Shown: positions 49,357 to 59,605 of the stretch, piece after piece
Position numbering within the stretch: the first letter of the stretch is position 1
Layout: each line of letters begins with the position of its first letter
Origin: Baekduia sp.
GTDB lineage: Bacteria; Actinomycetota; Thermoleophilia; Solirubrobacterales; Solirubrobacteraceae
Reading direction: 5' to 3'
Assembly: GCF_035685985.1 (NCBI RefSeq)
Contig: NZ_DASRZV010000013.1
Location: 15,624-79,623 of the forward strand
Length of the DNA stretch: 64,000 bases
Made by a program: the position numbers and the translations under genes
Notes under the pieces: model-generated
The model's input: the letters and a program-made list of their open reading frames with translations, nothing else
Database searches by the model: none
Told to the model about the DNA's origin: nothing

Positions 49357-49555
49357 CCAAGACCATGTGCGGGGCCGCCGCGGCGTCGGCGGGGCGGGCG
49401 TCGGAGGCCGCCGACGCGGTGGGCGCGTCGTCGCGGAACTCGAGCTCGCCGCGGCACTTGGGACACGAGCCCAGGACGCGCAGCCCCTCGGCCATCGCCG
49501 GGGTGTTCCAGGTGAACGCGCAGCCGGTGCAGCGCACCGCGTAGTGGTCGGACAT
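49340..49555 (-). CDS. Small zinc-ribbon protein (CxxC...CPxC)
   Basis: MSDHYAVRCTGCAFTW...GSCPKCRGEL...PHMVLGIPRI. Confidence 0.75.
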   Translation of the reverse strand: MSDHYAVRCTGCAFTWNTPAMAEGLRVLGSCPKCRGELEFRDDAPTASAASDARPADAAAAPHMVLGIPRI

Positions 49556-49685
49556 CAGGGACCGCATCGGCGGCACGGCGCCGGCGCTTGACTCGGCCGT
49601 TCGTCCAGCTACGGCGCCCGGTCCTGAGGGTGCGGCGGGCCGTCGGTCGATCCCCGACGGTCGCAGCGAGTACGGTCCTCGCCTC

Positions 49686-51638
49686 ATGTCCCGCCGCGTC
49701 CTGCCTGCCGTCTTCGCCGTCGCCGCCTTCCTCGTCCTCGGCGCGGGCCCCGCGCAGGCGCTCACGACGACGCCGTGCAAACACTCCTCCAATTTTCGGT
49801 GCGGCACGGTGGCCGTGCCGCTGGACCGCTCCGGCGGGGTCCCGGGGACGGTCAAGCTGGCGGTCGCCGTCGAGAACGCGCGCAAGGGCGCCGACGGCTA
49901 CCTGCTGGCGCTCTCGGGCGGCCCGGGCCAGCCGTCGGTCGGCTTCGCCGACTCGTTCCGCGTGTCGCTGGCGCCCGCCCTCCGCCACCGCCGGCTCGTG
50001 CTGCTCGACCAGCGCGGGACCGGGAAGTCGGGCGCGCTGACGTGCCCGGCGCTGCAGCGGCTGGGCACGCTGGACCCGGTCGACACCCACCTCGTGCAGG
50101 CGTGCGCGGAGAGGCTCGGCCCGGCGCGGCGGTTCTACTCGACGACCGACAGCGTCCAGGACATCGAGGCCGTCCGCCAGGCGGTCGGCGCGCCCGCGCT
50201 GGAGGTCATGGGCGTCAGCTACGGCACCTACGTGGCGGTCCAGTACGCGCGGCGGTTCCCCGCGACGACCGCCGGGCTGATCCTCGACTCGGCCGTCGGC
50301 CCCGACGGGATCGACCCCTACTTCTTGGACACCTTCGAGCGGCTCGGGCGGATCCTGCGCGACCAGTGCGCGGGCTCGCGCTGCGCGACGGCGACCACCG
50401 ACCCGGTCGGCGACCTCGGTCGCCTGACCCGCACGCTGGCCGCCCGGCCGGTGCGCGGGACGATCCCGGCCGCGCACGGGCGGGGCGTGACGACGTCGAT
50501 CCGCGACGAGTCCGAGCTGCTGTTGATGATCATGTCGGGCGACCTCAACCCGTTCCTGCAGGCGGCGCTGCCCGGCGCGATCGACGCGGCGGCCCACGGC
50601 GACGCGGCGCCGCTGCTGCGCCTGCGCCGCCTGGCCCAGGGTCCGGACACGCCGGTGTCCGACTTCAGCGCCGGCCTCAACGTCGCGACGACCTGCGCCG
50701 ACGTGGCGCTGCCCTACACGTGGGCGACGCCGTTCCCCGATCGCTGGAGCGCGTGGCTGCACGGCAGCGACGCGGTCCCCGACAGCGCGTTCGCGCCGTT
50801 CACGCGCCACGCGGTCATCGACACGTCGGTCGCCCACGACTGCCTGCGCTGGCCGCAGGGCGACCTGCCCGCCGCGCCGTCGACCGCGCCGCTGCCCGAC
50901 GTCCCGACGCTCCTGCTCAGCGGCAGGCTCGACACGCGCACGCCGACCGAGAACGCGCGCGAGCTGCTGCCGGCGCTGCCGCGCGCCCAGCTGCTGACCG
51001 TCGCGGGCACCGGCCACGACGTGCTCGACAGCGACACCACCGGCTGCGCGGCCAAGGCGCTGGGCCGCTGGGCCGACGGCCAGGCGATCGGCGACCCGTG
51101 CCAGGGTCGCGACAACGCGGTGACCGTGCTGTCGCGGCCGGCCGGGAGCCTGTCGGACTACCGGCGGGCGCCAGGCGTGGCGGGCGAGCGCGGGCGCGAG
51201 CTGTTCGCGGTGCTCGACACGCTGGCCGACGCGCAGGTCTCCGCGCTGCAGACGATCTTCGCGGGCTTCACGAAGGTCGAGGGCGGCGGGCTGCGCGGCG
51301 GCTGGTTCGGGGCGGCGGCCGACGGCGTCTCGCTGCGGCTGCACCGCTACCAGCTGGTGCCGGGCCTGCGGGTCACCGGGAGCGTGCGGACCTCGCCGGC
51401 GGGCGGCGCCGTCGGGGCGGTCGTCGTCGACGGGCCGGGACGCCTGGACGGGCGCCTGACGATCTCGGCCAAGGGCGTGGTCAGCGGGACGCTGGGCGGC
51501 GAGCGCGTGCGCTACCGGCCGTCGCGGGGGTCGGCGGCGTCCTCGGGCGCGCGCGGGCGCGTGCCCGCGCGGGTCGCTCCGCCGACGCGCGCGCGGCTGC
51601 GCCGGGCGCTCGCGGTCCGGCGCGCGGGCCTGCGCTAG
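49686..51638 (+). CDS. Secreted alpha/beta hydrolase (tripeptidyl-aminopeptidase-like)
   Basis: Signal peptide; C....VPLD, GGPG, DQRGTG, GVSYG nucleophile, D.RTP and GH catalytic motifs. Confidence 0.9.
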   Translation: MSRRVLPAVFAVAAFLVLGAGPAQALTTTPCKHSSNFRCGTVAVPLDRSGGVPGTVKLAVAVENARKGADGYLLALSGGPGQPSVGFADSFRVSLAPALRHRRLVLLDQRGTGKSGALTCPALQRLGTLDPVDTHLVQACAERLGPARRFYSTTDSVQDIEAVRQAVGAPALEVMGVSYGTYVAVQYARRFPATTAGLILDSAVGPDGIDPYFLDTFERLGRILRDQCAGSRCATATTDPVGDLGRLTRTLAARPVRGTIPAAHGRGVTTSIRDESELLLMIMSGDLNPFLQAALPGAIDAAAHGDAAPLLRLRRLAQGPDTPVSDFSAGLNVATTCADVALPYTWATPFPDRWSAWLHGSDAVPDSAFAPFTRHAVIDTSVAHDCLRWPQGDLPAAPSTAPLPDVPTLLLSGRLDTRTPTENARELLPALPRAQLLTVAGTGHDVLDSDTTGCAAKALGRWADGQAIGDPCQGRDNAVTVLSRPAGSLSDYRRAPGVAGERGRELFAVLDTLADAQVSALQTIFAGFTKVEGGGLRGGWFGAAADGVSLRLHRYQLVPGLRVTGSVRTSPAGGAVGAVVVDGPGRLDGRLTISAKGVVSGTLGGERVRYRPSRGSAASSGARGRVPARVAPPTRARLRRALAVRRAGLR

Positions 51639-51901
51639 CTCGTCGCGTGCGGCTCGCCGTCGGCGGGCGTGGCCTGGTAGGCGGCCTCCAGCTCGCGCTC
51701 GCGCGCGGCCCGGCGGTTGCGCTGCCCGAGCGCCACGACGCTGCCGACGATCAGCCCGGCGAAGATCACGAACGCGATCGGCAGGATCACGCCGTCGCCC
51801 TTCTTCAGCGAGGTCGTCGCGACCGCGACGGCGAGGCCGATCAGGAAGATCGCGATCCCGGTGACGGGGCGGGCGCGGTAGAAGTCCAGGACGGAGCGCA
51901 T
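51635..51901 (-). CDS. Small two-TM membrane protein
   Basis: Two hydrophobic segments; TATCGT hexamer upstream of the ATG. Confidence 0.7.
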   Translation of the reverse strand: MRSVLDFYRARPVTGIAIFLIGLAVAVATTSLKKGDGVILPIAFVIFAGLIVGSVVALGQRNRRAARERELEAAYQATPADGEPHATS

Positions 51902-51931
51902 CGTCCAAGACGATAACGCCGCCGCGCGCGG

Positions 51932-52570
51932 TCAGCCGCCGACGACGAGCGCCGCGTGGATCAGGCGCGTGGCGGTCTCGGTCAGCCGCGGCAGGTCCTC
52001 GGCGCGGTCGTCGGCGAGGTTGACCAGGATCAGCTCCCGCAGCGCGTGGACCAGCTCGGCGGCCATGTCGGGGTGGACGGCATAGCCGGGCGGCAGCTCG
52101 TCGACGTGCTGCTCGGCCAGCGTGACCATCATGGAGGCGAACTGCTCGTCGATCGCGCGGCGGAGACGCAGCGCCTCCGGGCCCGCGACCTCGACGTCGC
52201 GCAGGAACACGCGCGCCAGGCCGGGCTCCTCGGCCAGCGTCCGCAGGTACACGCGCACGCCGGCGGCGATCCGCTCGTCGTAGGGCTGCCCGGCGCTGTC
52301 GAGCACCGCGGCCGCGGTCTGCGCGCGCAGCAGGTCGCCGCAGGTCGAGTAGGTGGCCAGGAAGCAGTCCTCGAGGTCGTCGAAGTGCTGGTGGAACCGG
52401 GAGCGGGGCAGGCCCGCCCGGGCGGTGACGGCCTCGACGGTCAGCTGCGGGTAGGCCAGCTCGGTCAGCGCGTCGGCCATGCCCGCGACCAGCCGGGCGC
52501 GCTCGGCGCCCGCCGCGTCCGCGCGCAGGGCGCTCACGAACCGTGAGGTCGTCGTCGCGGACCGGGACAC
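51932..52570 (-). CDS. TetR/AcrR family regulator
   Basis: RARLVAG...Y..LTV..V..RAG..RSRF..HF...EDCF; GTG at 52570 supported by TACGGT 7 nt upstream. Confidence 0.88.
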   Translation of the reverse strand: MSRSATTTSRFVSALRADAAGAERARLVAGMADALTELAYPQLTVEAVTARAGLPRSRFHQHFDDLEDCFLATYSTCGDLLRAQTAAAVLDSAGQPYDERIAAGVRVYLRTLAEEPGLARVFLRDVEVAGPEALRLRRAIDEQFASMMVTLAEQHVDELPPGYAVHPDMAAELVHALRELILVNLADDRAEDLPRLTETATRLIHAALVVGG

Positions 52571-52690
52571 GCTGGGTACCGTAGCGTTCCTGACCGTTGG
52601 GCGCGGCGTTCGAGACACGCGCGTCTACCCTTCTGGGTAGGGCCGGCGCGTGCGGAGCGTCGACCGCCGCGCCCCGGCGCGGGCCCGCGC

Positions 52691-53266
52691 CTACGCCTGG
52701 ACGGCCGCGATCTCCACCCGCAGCCGCTCGATCATCCCGTCGATCCGCCGCGCGACGTCGCGCTGGTCGATGCGCAGCGTGTCGGCGACCTCGGCGGGCG
52801 AGGTCCCGTCGATCATCATCGCCAGGATCGGCTGGTCCTCGGCCTCGATCCGCGTGCCCGCGTGCTCCAGCAGCTCGCGCGGGACCGGCGGCAGGACGCG
52901 GTCGCCGCGGGCCACGGCGCGCAGCGCGTCGAACAGCTCGGGCGCGGGGGCCGACTTGTTCATCAGCCCGTCGGCGCCCGCGAGGATCGCGGGGACGACC
53001 ATCGCGCTGTCGGCGTAGGCCGAGTACAGCAGCACGGCGGGCGCGGGCTGCTCGCGCTTCATCCGCCGGCAGAGCTTCAGCCCGTCGGCGCCCGGGAGGT
53101 GGTAGTCCAGCAGCACGACGTCGGGGCTGGTCCGCTCGAGCATCGCCGGCAGATCGTCCTCGGAGGACGCCGCGCCCAGCGGAACGATGCCGGGCTCGGC
53201 GCGCAGGACGGCCGTGAGACCGGCCCGCATCGCGGGATGGTCGTCGACGATGAGCAGGCGGATCAT
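52691..53266 (-). CDS. Response regulator (NarL-type REC with divergent HTH)
   Basis: IVDDH, phosphoacceptor VLLD, AGA.G..NK and EVADTL motifs. Confidence 0.9.
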   Translation of the reverse strand: MIRLLIVDDHPAMRAGLTAVLRAEPGIVPLGAASSEDDLPAMLERTSPDVVLLDYHLPGADGLKLCRRMKREQPAPAVLLYSAYADSAMVVPAILAGADGLMNKSAPAPELFDALRAVARGDRVLPPVPRELLEHAGTRIEAEDQPILAMMIDGTSPAEVADTLRIDQRDVARRIDGMIERLRVEIAAVQA

Positions 53267-54444
53267 GGGGAACCTCCGGGGGTGGGGAGAGCGAGGGCCA
53301 CGGACGTGCCGTGCCCTCCTGGTCCGGGTCCGATGCGCAGGTCGGCGCCGATCGTCTCGGCGCGCCCGTGCATGGAGCGGAGGCCGTGGCCACCGGGGCG
53401 TGGCTCGGCCGGCATGCCGACTCCGTCGTCGGCGATGGTCAGGCGGATCATGTCAGGGGAGGCCGCCAGCGTGACCTCGATCGCCGTGCAGCCGGCGTGG
53501 CGCACGGCGTTGGTCAGCGCCTCGGCGGCGATGCGGTAGGTGTGCGCCGCGACCAGCGGCGGCAGCGACGGCAGGCGGCCGCGGACGTCGATGCGCGCGA
53601 CGCCGGTGCGCGACAGCTCGTCGGCGCGCTCGCGCAGCAGCTCGTCGACCGGACGGCCGTCCAGCGGCGTGCGCAGCTCGGCGACGCTGGTCTCCATGTC
53701 GGCGGTCGCGTTGCGCAGCTCGGCCAGCGCGCCGTCCAGCAGCGCGCGGTTGTGCGTGTCGCCCGCGTCGGCGTCCAAGGCCGACAACATCAGGTGCGCG
53801 GCGTGGACGCGCTGCTTGGCGGAGTCGTGCAGCTCCCAGGCGATCCGCTGGCGCTCGGCCTGCAGCGCCAGCCGCTCGGAGTGCGAGCGCGCGACGCGCA
53901 GGCGGTCCAGCAGCAGCGAGGAGTAGGCGAGCGTGGTCGTGACGATCACGGGAACGAACAGGTGGGTGGCGAGCGTCTCCAGCCTGATGGTGTTGCTCAG
54001 CGTGTCGGCCGGCAGCTTCTCGGTCAGCCAGGCGACCGCTCCATACAGCGCCGAGGAGCCCAGGCCCCAGGCGAACGCCGCGCGCCACGGCAGCGAGGTC
54101 GCGGGCAGCACGAGCGTCGTCAACGTGAAGACGTAGAACGGGCTGCGCCAGTCGCCGCCCGACAGCACCAGGCCGAGCGCGGCCAGGCCGTCGGCCGCCC
54201 AGACCGCCGGGGCCCACTCCCAGTCCTCGGTCCGGCGCAGCGTCCACAGCGACAGCGGGGTCCAGACGGCGGTGATCACCGCCAGCAGCGGGTCGGCGTG
54301 GGTGACCCGGTGCGCGAGCAGCAGGACGATCGCCAGCGCCGCGCCGAGCACCCGCGTCATCGTCAGCAGGGCGAACCATCGGTGCGCGCGCAGCGTGCGC
54401 AACGCGATCCGCTCCCGCCGCCTACCGCCGTTCACCCGCGGCAC
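53263..54444 (-). CDS. Membrane sensor histidine kinase (HisKA_3)
   Basis: ERQRIAWELHDS, EALTNAVRHA, DDGVG, GHGLRSM and GT motifs. Confidence 0.92.
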   Translation of the reverse strand: MPRVNGGRRRERIALRTLRAHRWFALLTMTRVLGAALAIVLLLAHRVTHADPLLAVITAVWTPLSLWTLRRTEDWEWAPAVWAADGLAALGLVLSGGDWRSPFYVFTLTTLVLPATSLPWRAAFAWGLGSSALYGAVAWLTEKLPADTLSNTIRLETLATHLFVPVIVTTTLAYSSLLLDRLRVARSHSERLALQAERQRIAWELHDSAKQRVHAAHLMLSALDADAGDTHNRALLDGALAELRNATADMETSVAELRTPLDGRPVDELLRERADELSRTGVARIDVRGRLPSLPPLVAAHTYRIAAEALTNAVRHAGCTAIEVTLAASPDMIRLTIADDGVGMPAEPRPGGHGLRSMHGRAETIGADLRIGPGPGGHGTSVALALPTPGGSP

Positions 54445-54459
54445 GCTCTCACGCGCACC

Positions 54460-55248
54460 TCAAGATCTGATGAACGCGGTGTGAGCGTCTCCCCAGAAGG
54501 AGACCAGCCCCTTGACGCGCGTCGCCTCGGCGTACGGATCCTCGTAGGACCAGGCGGCGTCCTCCAGGCGCGTGCCGTCGGCCAGCTCGACGGTCCAATA
54601 GGTCGCCGTGCCCTTGTACGGGCACCAGGACGTCGTCTCCGTCGGCCCGTGCAGGGTCGCGGTCACGTCCTCGCTCGGCAGGTACTGGCGGTTGGGCAGC
54701 GCGGTCTCGCTGAGCACGAGCGCACGGTCGGAGGACGCGATCGCCTGGCCGTCCTTCGCCGTGACCTCGACGTGCCCGGCCGCCCGGCGCACGTCCACGC
54801 GGTGGTAGGGATCGGGGAAGCCCTGGACCTCGTCGTCCTCGTCCAGCCGGCGGTCGAAGCGCTCCAGGTAGACGCCCGCGTAGCCGTCCAGCCACGCGGC
54901 CGGGGCGAGCGGCTCGTCGTAGACCCACAGCGCGTTCTCGGCGACGCGGTCGCCGACCGTGACCGTGCGGTAGGACGCGTCGCCCTTGAACGGGCAGTGC
55001 GTGGCGTGGTCGGTGCGCGTGAGCGCGTCGGCGCGCACGTCGGCCAGCGGCACGTAGAGGGCGGGCTTCAGGCCGGTCTCGTGGACGAGGATCGAGCCCT
55101 CGGTGTCGATCACGGTCTCGCCGCCGAGCTCGGCGCGCACGCGGCGCGGCAGCGGCGTCGCGAGGAGCCGATGCCGCGGCCCGTCGATCGCGTAGTTGGC
55201 GGGGCCGGGCTCCCCGGCGAGCGGCCCCGGAGCGTGCGTGAGGCTCAT
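54460..55248 (-). CDS. Tandem DUF427 domain protein
   Basis: Two repeats of ET.L....Y.P..DV ... T.CP.KG.A.Y ... A.W.Y..P. Confidence 0.9.
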   Translation of the reverse strand: MSLTHAPGPLAGEPGPANYAIDGPRHRLLATPLPRRVRAELGGETVIDTEGSILVHETGLKPALYVPLADVRADALTRTDHATHCPFKGDASYRTVTVGDRVAENALWVYDEPLAPAAWLDGYAGVYLERFDRRLDEDDEVQGFPDPYHRVDVRRAAGHVEVTAKDGQAIASSDRALVLSETALPNRQYLPSEDVTATLHGPTETTSWCPYKGTATYWTVELADGTRLEDAAWSYEDPYAEATRVKGLVSFWGDAHTAFIRS

Positions 55249-55298
55249 GCCGTCGACACTAGCGCCGCGTCCGAGCGGGCGGGCCGGGTGGCCGGGAC

Positions 55299-55748
55299 CT
55301 AGCCCAGCTCGGCCATGCGCGCCTTGACGCGCTCCCGGCGCTCGTCGAGGTCGCGCTCGAACGCGGCGATCTCGTCGCGGCGGCGGGCCAGCAGCTGGGC
55401 CTGGCGCTCGACGTGGGCCAGCGCGCGGTCGAGGATCTCGCGGCGGCGGCGCTTGCCCGGGTTGCCGTGGTGCCACTCCTCGGCCAGCGCGGCGCGCTCC
55501 TCCTCGGCGGCCAGCAGCTCGCGCAGCTCCTCCAGCGAGACGCCGAGCAGCGTCTTCAGCCGCAGCGCCTCGCGGAGGCGCTCGACGTCCTCCTCGCCGT
55601 AGGTGCGGTGCTGCCCGGCCTCGCGCTCGGCGCCGCCGGTGCGCAGGAGCCCGATCTCCTCGTAGTAGCGGATCGTGCGCGTGGTCGTGCCGACGCGCTT
55701 GGCGACCTCGCCGATGCGCAAGGGCGCGGTCTCGGTCGACGCGCTCAC
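55299..55748 (-). CDS. MerR family transcriptional regulator
   Basis: RIGEVAKRVG.T.RTIRYYEEIGLL, R.Y...D and LG.SLEE motifs. Confidence 0.93.
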   Translation of the reverse strand: MSASTETAPLRIGEVAKRVGTTTRTIRYYEEIGLLRTGGAEREAGQHRTYGEEDVERLREALRLKTLLGVSLEELRELLAAEEERAALAEEWHHGNPGKRRRREILDRALAHVERQAQLLARRRDEIAAFERDLDERRERVKARMAELG

Positions 55749-57244
55749 GCGGCCACCTCGGCGGCCTCGACCTGCGCCTCCCGGCGCGTCGCCGGACGTA
55801 GGAGCGAGACGAGCGCGCCGAGGACGGCGGTCCCGGCCAGGACCCACAGCGCGACGTGCATGTTGTGGATGAACGGCTCCAGCGCGGCGTCGCTCAGCCC
55901 GGAGGTGACGCCGGAGAAGATCGACAGCAGCACGTTGGTCGGGACGGCCGCGGTGATGATCCCGAGCACGAACGCGATCGACAGCACCGAGCCCGTGTTC
56001 TGCAACATCATGCGCGTGCCGCCCGCGATCCCGCGGCGGTGCGCGGGCACCGAGCCCATCATCGCGGCGGTGTTGGGCGAGTTGAACATGCCGGACCCGA
56101 GGCCGTTGACCAGCAGCCAGAACGCGGCCAGCCAGTACGACGAGCCGGTGCCGAGCATCGTCATGCCCGCGAGGCTGACCGCGACGACGACCATGCCCAG
56201 CGCGGCCAGCGACCGCGCGCCGTGCTTGTCGGCGTAGGCGCCGGCCAGCGGCGAGGAGATCAGCATGCCCAGCGCCATCGGCGCGAGCTTGAGGCCGGCG
56301 AGGATCGGGTCGTCGCCCAGCGCGCCCTGGAAGTAGAGGACGAAGACGAACGTCAGCGCGAAGCGCGACAGGCCGTTGAGGAACGCGGCGCCGGTGGCGG
56401 CCGCGAAGCCGCGGTCGCGGAACAGGCCGAGGTCGAGCATCGGCGAGGGATGGCGCAGCTCGGTCAGCACGAACGCGGGGAGGAGGACCGCGGCGACGAC
56501 GAGCGCGACGATCGTGTGGGTGTCGTCCCACCCGACGATGCCGCCGCGCGAGATCCCGTAGGTCAGGCCCGTGAGGCCGATGACGAACGTGAAGGTGCCG
56601 GGCCAGTCGAAGCGGTGGTCGACCTCCGGGCGGACCAGCTCCTGCAGGACGGTCGCGGCCCACAGCGTGCCCGCGATCCCGAACGGGACGTTGAACCAGA
56701 ACACCCAGTGCCAGGAGATCTCCACCAGCGCGCCGCCGAGCACCGGGCCGAGCACGAGGCCGACGCCGGCGACCATCACGTTGGTCCCCATCGCCACGCC
56801 GAGCTGCTCCTTGGGGAACGCGTCGGTGACCAGCGCGGAGGCGTTGGCGAACAAAAGCGCGCCGCCGATGCCCTGGACCACGCGCCAGATGATGAGGTCG
56901 GTGCCGCCCGACGCGAACCCGGCGCCGAGCGAGGCGACCGTGAAGACCGCGAAGCCCGTGACGAACGCGCGCTTGCGCCCGAAGAGGTCCGAGAGCCGCC
57001 CGAACGTGAGCACCAGCACGGTGCTGGCGATCATGAACGCGAGGATCACCCAGACGAGCGTGAGCAGCGAGACCCCGAGCGCCTTCTCCAGATCCGGCAG
57101 CGCGATGACGAGCGTGCCCGAGTTGATCGTCGCCAGCAGCATGCCCAGCGACGTGCAGCTGAGCGCCCACCACTTGTAGCTCGGGTGCTCGGCGTGGACG
57201 CCGATGCGGCGACGTGGGGCGGGAGAGGCGTTCGCGGCAGACAT
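55745..57244 (-). CDS. DHA2-family (14-TM) MFS efflux pump
   Basis: IALP, GRLSDLFGRKR, R.VQG.GGA, LGPVLGG, W.WVF..NVP.G and P.LDL.LF motifs. Confidence 0.92.
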   Translation of the reverse strand: MSAANASPAPRRRIGVHAEHPSYKWWALSCTSLGMLLATINSGTLVIALPDLEKALGVSLLTLVWVILAFMIASTVLVLTFGRLSDLFGRKRAFVTGFAVFTVASLGAGFASGGTDLIIWRVVQGIGGALLFANASALVTDAFPKEQLGVAMGTNVMVAGVGLVLGPVLGGALVEISWHWVFWFNVPFGIAGTLWAATVLQELVRPEVDHRFDWPGTFTFVIGLTGLTYGISRGGIVGWDDTHTIVALVVAAVLLPAFVLTELRHPSPMLDLGLFRDRGFAAATGAAFLNGLSRFALTFVFVLYFQGALGDDPILAGLKLAPMALGMLISSPLAGAYADKHGARSLAALGMVVVAVSLAGMTMLGTGSSYWLAAFWLLVNGLGSGMFNSPNTAAMMGSVPAHRRGIAGGTRMMLQNTGSVLSIAFVLGIITAAVPTNVLLSIFSGVTSGLSDAALEPFIHNMHVALWVLAGTAVLGALVSLLRPATRREAQVEAAEVAA

Positions 57245-57290
57245 CGAGGTTCGATGTTACCCGAACTTCTTTTTTACGTACACGTCAGGT
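57241..57290 (-). promoter_or_regulatory. AT-rich promoter/operator region of the MFS-MerR operon
   Basis: TAACAT -10 (57259-57254); ACATCGA-GGT-TCGATGT inverted repeat over the start; TTACGT-AC-ACGTCA dyad at 57274-57287; A-tract. Confidence 0.55.
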
Positions 57291-57308
57291 TTTGGCCGCA
57301 TGGCCTCG

Positions 57309-57375
57309 AACTGCGGAGAACCTGTTCCGGGTCGATTTATGGCGGCTATGCCGACATAGAGCGACCCGGATCCCT
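57309..57375 (+). repeat. Dispersed palindromic (REP-like) element, copy B
   Basis: 54/67 identity to 28181-28247; core 57328-57368 is an 18-5-18 imperfect inverted repeat. Confidence 0.85.
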
Positions 57376-57414
57376 TGCTTGGGTGCCGAACGGCGTCGAG
57401 CGCGACAGCGCGAC

Positions 57415-59574
57415 CTACGCCGGCACCTTCACGCGGTTCTCCGCCTCCTCGGCCGGCCCCTCGATCGACAGGCGCGGCAGCCGCGCGTCCAGCCACGCGG
57501 GCATCCACCACGACGCGCGCCCGAAGAGGTGCATCAGCGCCGGCACCAGCACCAGGCGGATCACGAAGGCGTCGAAGAGCACGGCCGACGCCAGGCCGAC
57601 GCCGAAGAGCTTGATCGTCCGGTCGTCGCCGAGGACGAAGGAGCCGAAGACCGAGATCATGATGATGGCCGCGGCCATGACGACCTTGCCGGTCAGCGCC
57701 AGGCCGTGGCGCACGGCGAACCCGGCGTCCTTCGTGTGCTCCCACTCCTCGTGCATCCGCGTGACGAGGAAGACCTCGTAGTCCATCGACAGCCCGAAGA
57801 TGATGGCGAACAGCATCACCGGCAGGAACGGCTCGATCGGCGACGTGGTCTCGACCCCGATCAGCGACGCCAGGTGGCCGTCCTGGAAGATGAAGGTGAT
57901 GACGCCCAGCGCGGCGCCGATCGACAGCAGGTTGAGCACCGCCGCCTTGGCCGGGATCAGCAGCGACCGGAAGACGACCGCCAGCAGCAGCAGCGACAGG
58001 CCGATCACCACGCCGATGAACAGCGGCAGCTTGCCCGCCAGCACGTCGCCGAAGTCGACGGTCGATGCCGTGGCGCCGCCGATCGACACCGCCTCCAGCG
58101 CACCGCCCGACGCGGCCCGCACGCCCGGCACGACGTGGTCGCGCAGGTTCGACAGCAGGTCCTTGGTCGCCGCGTCCTGCGGCTTGCTGGCCGGGATCAC
58201 CGTCAACGTCGCCGCGTCGCCCTGCTCGTTGACGTTGGGTTGCGACACCGCCGCGACGTCGCGGGCCTTCGACAGCGCGCCGCGCAGCTTGACCAGCTGG
58301 GCCTGGCCGCCGTCGCCCGGCTTGACCTCGGCGACGACCAGCAGCGGGCCGTTGAAGCCCGGCCCGAAGCCCCGGCTGAGCAGGTCATAGGCCTTGCGCG
58401 TCGTCGTGCTCGGGTTGTTGTTGCCCGCGTCGCTGGAGCCCAGGCGGATGCCGAGGACCGGGGAGGCGACGAGCAGCAGCACGACCAGCGCGCCGGCCGC
58501 GAACGCGCCGGGGCGGCGCGCGACCAGCGCGCTCCAGCGGCCCCAGCCGCGCGGCTCGGCGTGCTCGACGTCGATCGACGGCACCTTCACGCGCCTGCCC
58601 CAGAACCCGAGCAGCGCCGGTAGCAGCGTCAGCGAGCTGAGCATCGTCACCGCCACGGCGGCCGCCGACGCGATCGCCGGACCGTTGAGGAACGACACCC
58701 CCAGCAGCAGCATGCCCAGCAGCGCGATCACGACCGTCGTGCCCGCGAACAGCACCGAGCGGCCCGCGGTGTCCATCGCGGTCAGCGTCGCCTCGCGCAC
58801 GTCGGCGCCGCCGGCGCGCTCGCCGCGGAAGCGGTTGATCACCAACAACGCGTAGTCGATGCCGACCCCGAGCGCGATCATCACCGCCAGCGTGGGGGCG
58901 AAGTCCGCGATCGAGAACGCGCCGGTCGCGGCGTAGACCAGGCCCATCGCGGCGGCGATCGCCGCGAAGGCCGACAGCAGCGGCATCGCCATCGCGACCG
59001 CCGAGCCGAGCACCAGCACGAGCACGACGATCGCCACGACGATGCCGATCACCTCGCCGGCGCCGGTCTCCGGCCGCTCGGCCATCTGGATCGCCTGGCC
59101 GCCCAGCTCCACCTGCAGGCCGCCGGTCGCCGCGTCGTGCGCGGTGTCGACGACGCGGTCGACGTCCGCCTTGTCGAGGTCGACCGCCTGCCGGTCGAAC
59201 AGCAGCGACGCGTAGGCGGTCTTGCCGTCCTGGCTGATCGTGCCGGCGCTGGCGTAGGGGCTGACGGCCCCGGACACCGACGGGAGCTTGGACACCTCGG
59301 CGACCAAGGCGTTCACCTTCGCCTTGGTCGCCGGGTCGTTGAGCGAGCCGCGCTGGACGTGGAACACGATCTGGCTCGTGTCACCCGCCTGCTGGGGGAA
59401 GCGGTCGCGGAGGAGGTCGAGGGCGCGCTGGGACTCCGTTCCCGGCAGCGTGAAGTTGTTGACGTATCCGGAGCCGACGCCCGCGGCGAGCGCTCCGGCG
59501 GCGGCGATGAAGACGATCCACACCGTCGCGACGAGGCGACGGTGGTCGTGGGAGAGGGCGGCAAGGCGACGCAT
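57415..59574 (-). CDS. MMPL family (RND superfamily) transporter
   Basis: PGTESQ, GVGIDYAL, GRSV.FAG.TV, FGPGFNGP, FGLSMDYEVF and D.FVIR..LVPA motifs. Confidence 0.93.
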   Translation of the reverse strand: MRRLAALSHDHRRLVATVWIVFIAAAGALAAGVGSGYVNNFTLPGTESQRALDLLRDRFPQQAGDTSQIVFHVQRGSLNDPATKAKVNALVAEVSKLPSVSGAVSPYASAGTISQDGKTAYASLLFDRQAVDLDKADVDRVVDTAHDAATGGLQVELGGQAIQMAERPETGAGEVIGIVVAIVVLVLVLGSAVAMAMPLLSAFAAIAAAMGLVYAATGAFSIADFAPTLAVMIALGVGIDYALLVINRFRGERAGGADVREATLTAMDTAGRSVLFAGTTVVIALLGMLLLGVSFLNGPAIASAAAVAVTMLSSLTLLPALLGFWGRRVKVPSIDVEHAEPRGWGRWSALVARRPGAFAAGALVVLLLVASPVLGIRLGSSDAGNNNPSTTTRKAYDLLSRGFGPGFNGPLLVVAEVKPGDGGQAQLVKLRGALSKARDVAAVSQPNVNEQGDAATLTVIPASKPQDAATKDLLSNLRDHVVPGVRAASGGALEAVSIGGATASTVDFGDVLAGKLPLFIGVVIGLSLLLLAVVFRSLLIPAKAAVLNLLSIGAALGVITFIFQDGHLASLIGVETTSPIEPFLPVMLFAIIFGLSMDYEVFLVTRMHEEWEHTKDAGFAVRHGLALTGKVVMAAAIIMISVFGSFVLGDDRTIKLFGVGLASAVLFDAFVIRLVLVPALMHLFGRASWWMPAWLDARLPRLSIEGPAEEAENRVKVPA

Positions 59575-59605
59575 GGCCTCCCAGAGAAGCACACTCCGCG
59601 CAGAT

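Noticed and set aside
52624-52639. CTACCC-TTCT-GGGTAG dyad as a response-regulator site
   Set aside because: A single 6-bp dyad; cannot distinguish an operator from a small hairpin or chance.
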